DNA from: Delftia acidovorans NBRC 14950
GTDB taxonomy: Bacteria > Pseudomonadota > Gammaproteobacteria > Burkholderiales > Burkholderiaceae_C
Length of the DNA: 32,000 nt
Direction of reading: 5' to 3'
Assembly: GCF_001598795.1 (NCBI RefSeq)
Contig: NZ_BCZP01000016.1
Coordinates: 30,001-62,000 of the forward strand
The position numbers and the translations under genes were made by a program. The stretch's first letter is position 1, and every line of letters starts with the position of its first letter. Shown here piece by piece: positions 1 to 7,280 of this stretch. Below the pieces are notes generated by a model, which saw nothing but the letters and a program-made list of their open reading frames with translations, ran no database searches and was not told where the DNA came from.

Positions 1-32
1 CTCCAAGCCTCTTTGCGGCGGCTTGCCGTGCC

Positions 33-38
33 TAGAAT
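33..38 (+). promoter_or_regulatory. candidate sigma70 -10 hexamer TAGAAT upstream of the GNAT gene
   Basis: TAGAAT (5/6 to TATAAT) lies 37 nt upstream of the ATG at 75. The same CTAGAAT string recurs at a similar distance before two other genes (652-657; 29332-29337 minus). No good -35 is visible. Confidence 0.3.
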
Positions 39-74
39 TCCTGGTCCCCATTTCATTTATGTGCCAGGAGTTCC

Positions 75-551
75 ATGTCGTCCCTTGTTCCTCCGCTTCA
101 GATCCGGCCTGTCACACAGGCGGATCACCACCAATGGCTTCCTCTCTGGCAGTGCTACAACGCCTTTTATGGGCGCGCTGGCGAGACGGCGCTGCCGGAA
201 GGCATCACACAGGCCACCTGGGAGCGTTTCCTCAATCCGCTGGAGCCGGTGTTTGCGCTCGTGGCGGAGAGCGAGGGTGAGCTGGTCGGCCTGGCGCACT
301 ACCTGTTTCATCGCAGCACCACGCGGCTGGAGCCGGTGTGCTATCTGCAGGATCTGTTTGCCGATGCGCGCCGGCGCAAGCAGGGCATTGGCAAGTCGCT
401 CATCCGTGCGGTCTATGCGCAGGCTGCGCAGGCGGGAGCGCGCCGCGTGTACTGGCAGACGCAGTCCTCCAACGAGGCGGGCCGCGCGCTGTATGACCAG
501 GTGGCCGAGCACCGAGGCTTCATCGTCTACGGGCACGAAGTGCAGGGCTGA
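75..551 (+). CDS. GNAT family N-acetyltransferase (158 aa)
   Basis: ORF 75..551 with AGGAG at 66-70. Acetyl-CoA binding motif region: LQDLFADARRRKQGIGKSLI (Q/RxxGxG/A type), followed by a NEAGRALYDQ helix. High GC3. Confidence 0.85.
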   Translation: MSSLVPPLQIRPVTQADHHQWLPLWQCYNAFYGRAGETALPEGITQATWERFLNPLEPVFALVAESEGELVGLAHYLFHRSTTRLEPVCYLQDLFADARRRKQGIGKSLIRAVYAQAAQAGARRVYWQTQSSNEAGRALYDQVAEHRGFIVYGHEVQG

Positions 552-651
552 GGCTGACGCTTTGTTGTCGGGTAGGCGGCCTGGATACGAAACCTGTTGA
601 AACAGCGGGCGTGCGCTGCCGCTGCAAGGCCTGCGGGCAGCCCGGCAACCC

Positions 652-657
652 TAGAAT
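652..657 (+). promoter_or_regulatory. candidate sigma70 -10 hexamer TAGAAT upstream of the murA-like gene
   Basis: CCCTAGAAT lies 35 nt upstream of the ATG at 693, matching the motif and spacing seen at 33-38. The -35 is poor. Confidence 0.3.
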
Positions 658-692
658 CACGCGTTGTCCTATCGCTGCTAGCGCTGCACCCC

Positions 693-1994
693 ATGTCCAA
701 TCTCATCGTCCACGGCGGCACGCCTTTGCGCGGCCGCGTCGTTCCCTCCGCCAACAAGAATGCCGTGCTGCCGATTCTGTGCGCCACGCTGCTGACCGAT
801 CAGCCGCTGCGGCTGCATGGCGTGCCGGACATCACGGATGTGCGCAAGATCCTCGACATCTTTCGCACGCTGGGCAGCGAGGTGCAGCTGGACGAGACCA
901 CGCGCACGCTGCAGCTGCACCACCGCGACACGCGCTTTGACGCGTCCTCGCACCGCCTGCCCGAGGAAATGCGCTCTTCCATCATGCTAGTGCCGCCGCT
1001 GCTGGCGCGCTTTGGCGTGGCGCGGCTGGAGGACAACGTCAAGGGCTGCACGCTGGGTGTGCGCGAGATCGATCCGCACGTGGATATCTTTCGCTCCTTT
1101 GGCGGAGAGGTGGAGCGCGCCAGCGGCTCCCTGCTGATCCACAGTGCCGCGCCGCTCAAGGCCGTGCGCCACTGGCTGGACTACGCCTCGGTCACGGCTA
1201 CGGAGAACTTCGTGCTGTGCGCCGTGGCTGCGCAGGGCGAGTCCATGCTGACCAATGCGGCCTGTGAGCCGCATGTGCAGGAGTTCTGCCGCTTCATGGT
1301 GATGATGGGTGCTGATATTGACGGCATTGGCACCTCTCGGTTGACGGTGCGCGGCGGTGCGCCGCTGGGCGGCGGCGATTTCATCTTCGAGGAAGACTTC
1401 CACGAGATCACCACCTTTCTCGCGCTGGGTGCGATCACGGGCGGCGATGTGGAGGTGCGCAACAGCACGCCGGACAACTTTCCGCTGATCGACCGCACCT
1501 TCGCCAAGTTTGGCGTGCAGGTGGAGCACAAGAACGGCTGGTCGCGCGCGCTGCGCTCGGGGCCGCTGAAGGTGCAGACGCCTTTCACCAGCAATGTGCT
1601 TACCAAGGTGGAAGCCGCTCCCTGGCCGTACTTTCCGGTGGATCTGCTGCCCATCTTCATTGCGCTGGGTGTGCATGCGCAGGGCAATGCGCTGTTCTGG
1701 AACAAGATCTATGACGGCGCGCTGGGCTGGACGGGCGAGCTGTCCAAGTTCGGTGCCCATGTGTTTTCTTCGGACCCGCACCGCGTGGTCACCTTTGGCG
1801 GCAATCCGCTGACGCCGGCCGTGGTGGAGAGCCCCTACATCATCCGCGTGGCGATTGCGCTGTTCATGGTCGCCAGCAGCATCGAGGGTCGATCGGAGAT
1901 CCGCAACGCCACGCCGATTCGCCGTGCGCATCCGCACTTCGTCGAGAACCTGCGCAGCCTGGGCGCGCGGGTGGAGTGGACCAACGAGGAGTGA
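693..1994 (+). CDS. MurA-family enolpyruvyl transferase (UDP-N-acetylglucosamine 1-carboxyvinyltransferase-like, divergent paralogue type), 433 aa
   Basis: Internal ATG at 693 (MSNLIVHGGTPLRG...) of ORF 597..1994. The 5' extension is Ala/Arg-rich junk. MurA catalytic landmarks are retained: ANKNAVLP (Lys22), MRSSI (Arg91), KGCTLGVREIDPH (Cys115 loop), YFPVDLLP (Asp305) and IRRAHPHF (Arg397 region). Confidence 0.85.
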   Translation: MSNLIVHGGTPLRGRVVPSANKNAVLPILCATLLTDQPLRLHGVPDITDVRKILDIFRTLGSEVQLDETTRTLQLHHRDTRFDASSHRLPEEMRSSIMLVPPLLARFGVARLEDNVKGCTLGVREIDPHVDIFRSFGGEVERASGSLLIHSAAPLKAVRHWLDYASVTATENFVLCAVAAQGESMLTNAACEPHVQEFCRFMVMMGADIDGIGTSRLTVRGGAPLGGGDFIFEEDFHEITTFLALGAITGGDVEVRNSTPDNFPLIDRTFAKFGVQVEHKNGWSRALRSGPLKVQTPFTSNVLTKVEAAPWPYFPVDLLPIFIALGVHAQGNALFWNKIYDGALGWTGELSKFGAHVFSSDPHRVVTFGGNPLTPAVVESPYIIRVAIALFMVASSIEGRSEIRNATPIRRAHPHFVENLRSLGARVEWTNEE

Positions 1995-2018
1995 GATCAG
2001 GCGGCGATGCGCAGGCCG

Positions 2019-2411
2019 CTATGCCTGCGGCGCCGCATCCGAGAATCTCTTGGCCGCCCTGAGCAGGTAGCTCACGGCATAGAGGATGGGGTCGTCCATC
2101 TCGTCGTCGTTCACGCGGTCAATGATTTCCAGCAGGCCTTGAAGGTCGGCCGACATCTGCGGCAGCACGCTGCTGGCCAGCGCCTCGACCGGCTGCTCTG
2201 CAGCGGCACGGTCTGCCTTGAGGTGGTAGCTGCGCAGCAGGTCGTGGACACCGACCACCATGGCGCGGTTGGATCTTTCCACATGCATTTCCAGCACGCT
2301 CAGCGCCGCGCTGATGTGGCATAGCGCATCGGTCGCCAGGCTCTCCGGATCGGGCGCTCTGGCGAGGGCCTGCGCAAGGCGCGCGGAGGCGGGCATGTCT
2401 GTGTCCGGCAT
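2019..2411 (-). CDS. hypothetical protein, about 130 aa, acidic and predicted helical
   Basis: ORF 2019..2429 with high GC3 throughout. First ATG at 2411 (MPDTDMPASARL...). I recognise no family motif. It is convergent with the murA-like gene and divergent from the RHH regulator. Confidence 0.6.
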   Translation of the reverse strand: MPDTDMPASARLAQALARAPDPESLATDALCHISAALSVLEMHVERSNRAMVVGVHDLLRSYHLKADRAAAEQPVEALASSVLPQMSADLQGLLEIIDRVNDDEMDDPILYAVSYLLRAAKRFSDAAPQA

Positions 2412-2593
2412 GGTTCTGTTCTTGCGCAATAGGTCTGGGGTTCAGTGCTCGTACGCACGAGCATCGGCACGGGCATAGGCATGGGTGCTGGCTTGCCCAC
2501 GCCTCGGTCGGGCCGATTCAAATGTTATGCCAACTTGGAATCATGTCAACTAGGCATGAATCTGAATTTGCATCTGGCAGGTACCATCGCCCA

Positions 2594-2995
2594 ATGCAAC
2601 GAAAACCCTTTCCCAGCGAAACCCAGGAGCGCTTCATCGTCCGTTTCCCGGATGGAATGCGCGATCGCATCTCGGAAGTGGCAAAGGCAGGCCACCGTTC
2701 CATGAATGCCGAAATCGTTGCCCGCATACGGCGCAGCTTCGAATTGGATGAAGCCGGCGACACGGCCCAGGCCGGCCCGGACCTGGATGTGGCGGAGTTG
2801 AAAAAGGAAATCGCGCGCCTGTGCCGCTTGCTGCAAGAACACAAGGACGCCGCTGCAGGCCTGTTCGAGGCGCACAAGGAGGCCGTGGTGACCGAAGCAC
2901 TCAAGCGCCTGCGCTCCGAAGCGGGTGAGGCCGCGTCTTTGCCCAAGGCCACGGGGAACAGCGTGCAGGCCCGTCGCACCAGCAAGAAGACCTGA
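2594..2995 (+). CDS. Arc/AmrZ-like ribbon-helix-helix DNA-binding protein (133 aa) with a coiled-coil-like C-terminal extension
   Basis: FIVRFPDGMRDRISEVAKAGHRSMNAEIVARIRRSF closely resembles the Arc-like domain of Pseudomonas AmrZ/AlgZ ([36 protein letters not shown], from memory). Codons between the upstream ATGs (2522, 2543) and 2594 have low GC3, so I place the start at 2594. Confidence 0.8.
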   Translation: MQRKPFPSETQERFIVRFPDGMRDRISEVAKAGHRSMNAEIVARIRRSFELDEAGDTAQAGPDLDVAELKKEIARLCRLLQEHKDAAAGLFEAHKEAVVTEALKRLRSEAGEAASLPKATGNSVQARRTSKKT

Positions 2996-3126
2996 GGCTG
3001 TAGGCCTCAGACCACGCGTATCGTTGCAGCGCGCTGTCGCGCGCCCCGGTTTGCCACGCGTATCGTTGCGTTGGGTGTTAAACAACCTATCCCTTTTTGA
3101 AGGCTCTTGCAGCAAAGGACGCAACT

Positions 3127-3306
3127 ATGAACACGGATCAGATCAAGGGCACGCTCAAGGATGCCGCAGGCAAGGTGCAGCAAAAGGCTGGCGAGTTGAT
3201 CGACAGCCCCGAGCAACAGGCCAAGGGCATTGCCAAGCAGGTCGAAGGCACGGCCCAGAAGAAGCTGGGTGATGTAAAGGAAGTCTTGAAGGACGCGAAA
3301 AAATAA
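3127..3306 (+). CDS. CsbD family stress-response protein (59 aa)
   Basis: MNTDQIKGTLKDAAGKVQQKAGELIDSPEQQAKGIAKQVEGTAQKKLGDVKE is the typical CsbD repeat pattern. ATG at 3127 inside ORF 3097..3306. Followed by an intrinsic terminator. Confidence 0.85.
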   Translation: MNTDQIKGTLKDAAGKVQQKAGELIDSPEQQAKGIAKQVEGTAQKKLGDVKEVLKDAKK

Positions 3307-3331
3307 GGCATTGACCCTGCCTTTGCGAGCA

Positions 3332-3362
3332 AGCCCGCCACACCCTGGCGGGCTTTTTCTTT
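3332..3362 (+). terminator. rho-independent terminator of csbD
   Basis: Stem AGCCCGCC (3332-3339) pairs with GGCGGGCT (3347-3354). The loop is 7 nt, followed by TTTTTCTTTT. Confidence 0.75.
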
Positions 3363-3415
3363 TCCACGGATTTCGACGAATGGGTGTGCGAAGAAGGCGC
3401 TGCGCGCTTCCTGTT

Positions 3416-4597
3416 TCAGACGGCCTGCGGCACCCTGCGGCCAGGGTCCGTGGCCACATGCACGCGGTCGCGGCCCGCCTGCTTGGCGGCATACAGCAGG
3501 CCGTCGGCGCGCGTCAGCGCATCGGTCAAGGCGGTGTTGGCGGCCACGGGTGCGATGCCGAAGCTGATGGTCACCCGCTGGCCGGCCGCCAGCACATAGC
3601 CGTCCGCGCTGAGCTGGGCGCGTATGCGCTGGGCCACGCGCTCGGCCTCCTGGGGCGTGGTGCGCATCAGCAGCAGCACGAATTCCTCGCCGCCAAAGCG
3701 TGACACCAGATCGTCGTTGCGCACGTGTTGCTGCAGGGTCTGGGCCACGGCCTGCAATACACGGTCTCCGCAGTCATGTCCCCAGCTGTCATTGATGCGC
3801 TTGAAGTGGTCTATGTCGCCTATCAGCACGGAGATCGGGGCCATGTGCGGATCGGCCAGGCGCAACTCGGCTGCCTCCTGGAAGGCGCGGCGGTTGAGCA
3901 GGTTGGTCAGCGAGTCGTGGTTGCGCTCCTCGCGCAGCGCTGTGAAGACATCGCGCACCGTGCACGCCAGCAGCATGAGGGTGAACAGCAGCGCAAACGA
4001 CAGCGTGCTGACCAGGGTGACCAGCCAGTAGGTGGAGCGTGCAATCTCATTGAGATCGGTGCTGCCCAGGGCCAGCACCAGCAGCGGCCGGGCAGCGGTG
4101 TAGCCGGCAAACACCACGTAGGACCAGTAGAGCATTCTCTCCAGCCAGTCCTGCGGCGGCCGGCGCCGCAGCATGGCGGGCGCCGGCAGCATCTGCAGCA
4201 GGCCCAGGCCGGTGTTGAGCCAGTGCACGCGCACCCACAGATCGACCTGGACCCGGCTGTAGTAGTACAGCGCAGCCAGGACGACGGCGCCTATGAGCAG
4301 CCCCAGCAAGGGATGGGCCGAGACGCCATAGCGCCCCGCCATGCAGCGCGCGAAGCACCAGGTGCCGAACAGATACATGGCGCCCGTGAACACGGCCCAG
4401 TGGTGCAGTTCTTCCGGGGGTGCAAGGCTTTGCCAGGCCAGCGCCAGAGAAACCAGGGCGTATCCGCCCGCAATCCACAGCAGGTAGCGCTGGCGCCGCT
4501 GCACCAGCCAGCACACGGCCAGCGTGCAACTGAGCAGCAAAATGCTCAGCGGCGCAATCAATACATAGAGGCGATCGGTATCGAGTGACACATCCAC
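3416..4597 (-). CDS. membrane-bound diguanylate cyclase (multi-TM N-terminal sensor plus GGDEF domain)
   Basis: 393-aa ORF. The N-terminal ~210 aa is hydrophobic with multiple TM segments. C-terminal GGDEF domain: LTNLLNRRAF, DIDHFKRINDSWGHDCGD, RFGGEEF. RxxD I-site present (RNDD, 5 aa upstream of GGEEF). GTG start at 4597; exact start uncertain. Confidence 0.9.
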   Translation of the reverse strand: MDVSLDTDRLYVLIAPLSILLLSCTLAVCWLVQRRQRYLLWIAGGYALVSLALAWQSLAPPEELHHWAVFTGAMYLFGTWCFARCMAGRYGVSAHPLLGLLIGAVVLAALYYYSRVQVDLWVRVHWLNTGLGLLQMLPAPAMLRRRPPQDWLERMLYWSYVVFAGYTAARPLLVLALGSTDLNEIARSTYWLVTLVSTLSFALLFTLMLLACTVRDVFTALREERNHDSLTNLLNRRAFQEAAELRLADPHMAPISVLIGDIDHFKRINDSWGHDCGDRVLQAVAQTLQQHVRNDDLVSRFGGEEFVLLLMRTTPQEAERVAQRIRAQLSADGYVLAAGQRVTISFGIAPVAANTALTDALTRADGLLYAAKQAGRDRVHVATDPGRRVPQAV

Positions 4598-4937
4598 AGC
4601 GTGTTATGCACTTGCAGGTGCGGGTGGCGACAGCTTCGCGATTGCGGCATTGAATGGTGCTGCATACCGAAGCGCCGGTCCATTTTGCATCCGTTGCCAC
4701 GGCGCTTGCGGCCGCATGGGCGCATGTTCTGCGTTGTGCACGGCTGGCGATATCGGGCCTACCTGTGCAGCGGCCTCAAGTCCCGGGCATTTGTGACGAA
4801 AGAGCAGGTCATCTTTTCCGGATTGGTGGCCTATGCCGATATGGCAAGGCGTTGCGCCGGAAAACGGTCGCCGCTGATGTGCGCGGCCTGTTGTTTCACC
4901 TTTCCTGTATTCGGTTTTTCCGACGAGAGTGCTACGA

Positions 4938-6500
4938 ATGAAATTTGATCAATGGAGCGTGTCCGCCAAGCTTTGGGGCACGCTGGGCGGCTTGCTGGCG
5001 ATGATGCTTGCGGTATCGCTTTGGGCACAGTTTGCGGCGGCTCGCGCCATGGACCACGGCATGCAGACGCTGTCCGAGTACGAGAGTCGCATCAGCCTGG
5101 CCATTCAATGGAAGGGCGCAACGGAGACCACGGGCGAGCGGGTTCTGGCCAGCAATGCCTCCACCGATGAGGAACTGACCCGCCTGCTCGACGGCCGGGT
5201 CAAGGAAGGCTCGGCACTGATCACCAAGCTGCAGGCCGAGATCGTCAAGGGCGCCAGTGATGCCGACAAGGCGGCGCTGGAGCGCATTGCCGCCATCCGC
5301 ACCGAGGTGCTGGCACTGAACAAGCGGGCGCGCGAGATCAAGTTGACCGGCGATGCAGCGGCATTCCGCGAGTTCGTCCAGCAGCAGTACCTGGGCGCCA
5401 TTGGCCGCTACGTGGACTCGCTGGAAGTCTTCGTGCAACTGCAGCGCAGCCAGCGCGATGCAGCCCGCGAGCAGTCCCAGGCCGCCCGGCAGCAGGCCAG
5501 CGTGCTGGCCTGGATCGTCCAGGGTGTGGTCCTTCTGGCGGGCCTGGCCCTGGCCTTGGTGCTGACGCGGGCCATCACCCGCCCCCTGGAACGTGCCGTG
5601 CAGCTGACGGACGCCATCGCCCAGGGCGACCTCACGGTGTCGGCCGATGACAGTCGCAAGGACGAGTTCGGCCACCTGCTGCGCTCGGTCTCGGGCATGG
5701 CTGCGCGGCTGCGCGGCCTGGTGACGGAGGTGCGTGACAGCGTGCACTCCATCTCCACCGCATCCACCGAGATTGCCGCGGGCAATCACAACCTGTCTTC
5801 GCGCACCGAGCAGACGGCGTCCAATCTGGAGGAAACGGCCGCCAGCATGGAGCAACTGACCGCCACCGTGGGCCAGGCGGCCGACACCGCGCGCCAGGCC
5901 AATCATCTGGCCGGCAGCGCCGCCCAGGCCGCCGAGCGCGGCGGCGCCGTGGTGGGCCATGTGGTGGCCAGCATGGATCGCATCGGCGACAGCGCACGCC
6001 GCATCTCCGACATCATCGGTGTCATCGACTCCATTGCCTTCCAGACCAACATCCTGGCGCTGAACGCTGCCGTGGAAGCGGCCCGCGCAGGCGAGCAGGG
6101 CCGCGGCTTTGCCGTGGTGGCCGGTGAAGTGCGGGCCCTGGCCCATCGCAGCGCCGAGGCCGCCAAGGAGATCAAGGTGCTGATCAGCACCTCGGTCGAT
6201 GCCGCGCAGGAAGGCTCGGCCCAGGTGGCCCAGGCCGGACAGGTCATGGACGATATCGTGGGCAGCGTGCGCAAGGTCTCGGACATGATCGGCGAGATCA
6301 CGGCATCTTCCACCGAGCAGCGCGACGGCATTGGCCAGGTCAACCAGGCAGTCAGCCAGCTGGACCAGATGACGCAGCAAAATGCGGCTCTCGTGGAGGA
6401 ATCCGCAGCGGCGGCCGCCGCCCTCAGCGACCAGGCGCAGCGCCTGTCGGGCATGGTGGCCGTGTTCAAGGTGGGCCATGCCGTGCCAGCCTTGCGTTGA
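4938..6500 (+). CDS. methyl-accepting chemotaxis protein (helical periplasmic sensor, HAMP, MCP signalling domain)
   Basis: ORF 4929..6500. ATG at 4938 is preceded by GAGAG. Two TM segments, a HAMP region ([19 protein letters not shown]) and the conserved hairpin tip [37 protein letters not shown]. Confidence 0.9.
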   Translation: MKFDQWSVSAKLWGTLGGLLAMMLAVSLWAQFAAARAMDHGMQTLSEYESRISLAIQWKGATETTGERVLASNASTDEELTRLLDGRVKEGSALITKLQAEIVKGASDADKAALERIAAIRTEVLALNKRAREIKLTGDAAAFREFVQQQYLGAIGRYVDSLEVFVQLQRSQRDAAREQSQAARQQASVLAWIVQGVVLLAGLALALVLTRAITRPLERAVQLTDAIAQGDLTVSADDSRKDEFGHLLRSVSGMAARLRGLVTEVRDSVHSISTASTEIAAGNHNLSSRTEQTASNLEETAASMEQLTATVGQAADTARQANHLAGSAAQAAERGGAVVGHVVASMDRIGDSARRISDIIGVIDSIAFQTNILALNAAVEAARAGEQGRGFAVVAGEVRALAHRSAEAAKEIKVLISTSVDAAQEGSAQVAQAGQVMDDIVGSVRKVSDMIGEITASSTEQRDGIGQVNQAVSQLDQMTQQNAALVEESAAAAAALSDQAQRLSGMVAVFKVGHAVPALR

Positions 6501-6529
6501 CCAGCACCAAGGCGCAATGACACACGCAG

Positions 6530-6557
6530 AAAAAAGGACCGCCCGAGGGCGGTCCTT
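6530..6557 (-). terminator. strong intrinsic terminator whose U-tract is only on the minus strand
   Basis: 10-bp stem AAGGACCGCC (6534-6543) pairs with GGCGGTCCTT (6548-6557), loop CGAG. On the minus strand the stem is followed by TTTTTTCT. On the plus strand it is followed by GAAGAG, with no U tract. It lies 34 nt after the MCP stop, so it may also act as a hairpin-only stop for that gene. Confidence 0.65.
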
Positions 6558-6917
6558 GAAGAGAAAAGCCGGTGCCCTTGCGGGCCTGCCAGGGTAAGTC
6601 AGTGAGAGGGGAGGGAGGAGATAGTCTCCCTGGCCCGGCTGGAAAATGGTTCGTGGTGGCTGCGGATCGCTCCAGTGGCCGCCTGGACTTCGCCGCTGCG
6701 CGGTTGCATCCACATGGCTTGCGCTTGCTGTAAAGGCATGGCCAACATGATTTTGGAGAGCAGGGCTGTAGGACAGTTCCCTGTGTGATACCTGCTGTTT
6801 CCCTTGTTGTGATTGCTTGGGTACCGAAACATGCCGGCACCCATCGGTTCACGCATCTGCACTACATTGAAGAATTTGTAACTTCTGAGCAATAGGGTTA
6901 ACCCGTTGCTTCTGGCA

Positions 6918-6942
6918 GCAAAAAGCCCGCACTTGGCGGGCT
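6918..6942 (-). terminator. rho-independent terminator of the H-NS-family gene
   Basis: On the minus strand: AGCCCGC-CAAGT-GCGGGCT followed by TTTTTGC. It lies 45 nt after the stop at 6987. Confidence 0.7.
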
Positions 6943-6986
6943 CTGTCGCAGCTTGGCGGCTGCCAGGGGGCGGGTTGCGCCGGACC

Positions 6987-7280
6987 TCATATGGCGAAGG
7001 GAGTGCGGTCCTTGCCTTCGATCCAGCGGGGCTGCTTGCCGCGGCCGGTCCAGGTCGCGCCCGTGGCCGGGTCGCGGTACTTGGGGACGCCGACCACGCG
7101 GAAACCGCCACCAGCCTTGGCTTTGGACGAAGGGAAGACGTCGGCCTCGGTCAATCCGTATTGGTCGATGATGGTGCGCACCTGGGCAATGGCTCCGGAC
7201 TTCTCGGTCTTGAGCACTTCGGCGATCTGGGCTTCGAGATGGGCTTTCTGCTGCAGCAGTGTCTTGTAGTCGGTAGTCAT
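6987..7280 (-). CDS. H-NS family nucleoid-associated protein (97 aa)
   Basis: MTTDYKTLLQQKAHLEAQIAEV is a coiled-coil dimerisation region. The C-terminal DNA-binding motif is KYRDPATGATWTGRGKQPRW (H-NS TWTGxGRxP type). ATG at 7280 lies inside ORF 6987..7307, whose own start is TTG. The promoter region is AT-rich (35% GC by hand count for 7281-7340). Confidence 0.85.
   Translation of the reverse strand: MTTDYKTLLQQKAHLEAQIAEVLKTEKSGAIAQVRTIIDQYGLTEADVFPSSKAKAGGGFRVVGVPKYRDPATGATWTGRGKQPRWIEGKDRTPFAI

Noticed and set aside
4835-4842. FliA (sigma-28) promoters upstream of the two MCP genes (GCCGATAT at 4835-4842, GCCGATGC at 8017-8024).
   Set aside because: Only the -10-like half is present. 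The positions 15 nt upstream read TTCC and CACT rather than TAAA, so I do not call them.
4932-6713. Very long antisense or alternative-frame ORFs. Examples: 4932..6713 minus, 8803..10092 minus, 13432..15396 minus, 17781..19529 minus, 20104..21138 plus, 21872..23371 plus, 26068..29376 plus (1102 aa), 10505..11434 plus.
   Set aside because: Each lies opposite or out of frame to a gene with clear family motifs. Their translations are Ala/Arg/Gly/Pro/His-rich low-complexity strings without recognisable domains. This is the typical stop-codon-poor shadow ORF of a high-GC genome.
6640-6840. Possible cobalamin riboswitch on the minus strand (AAGGGAAAC..., GCCACTGG, and a CCAGGGAGAC B12-box-like string).
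   Set aside because: Only short pieces resemble the consensus. The GGTG..AA.CC and GCTG..CCCGC.ACTGTAA core blocks are missing. No downstream gene lies on that strand before the terminator.
6599-6856. The 85-aa minus-strand ORF (MREPMGAGMFRYPSNHNKG...) as a protein gene.
   Set aside because: No SD before either candidate ATG, intermediate GC3 and no recognisable features. I kept it only as an alternative explanation within the orphan transcription unit finding.
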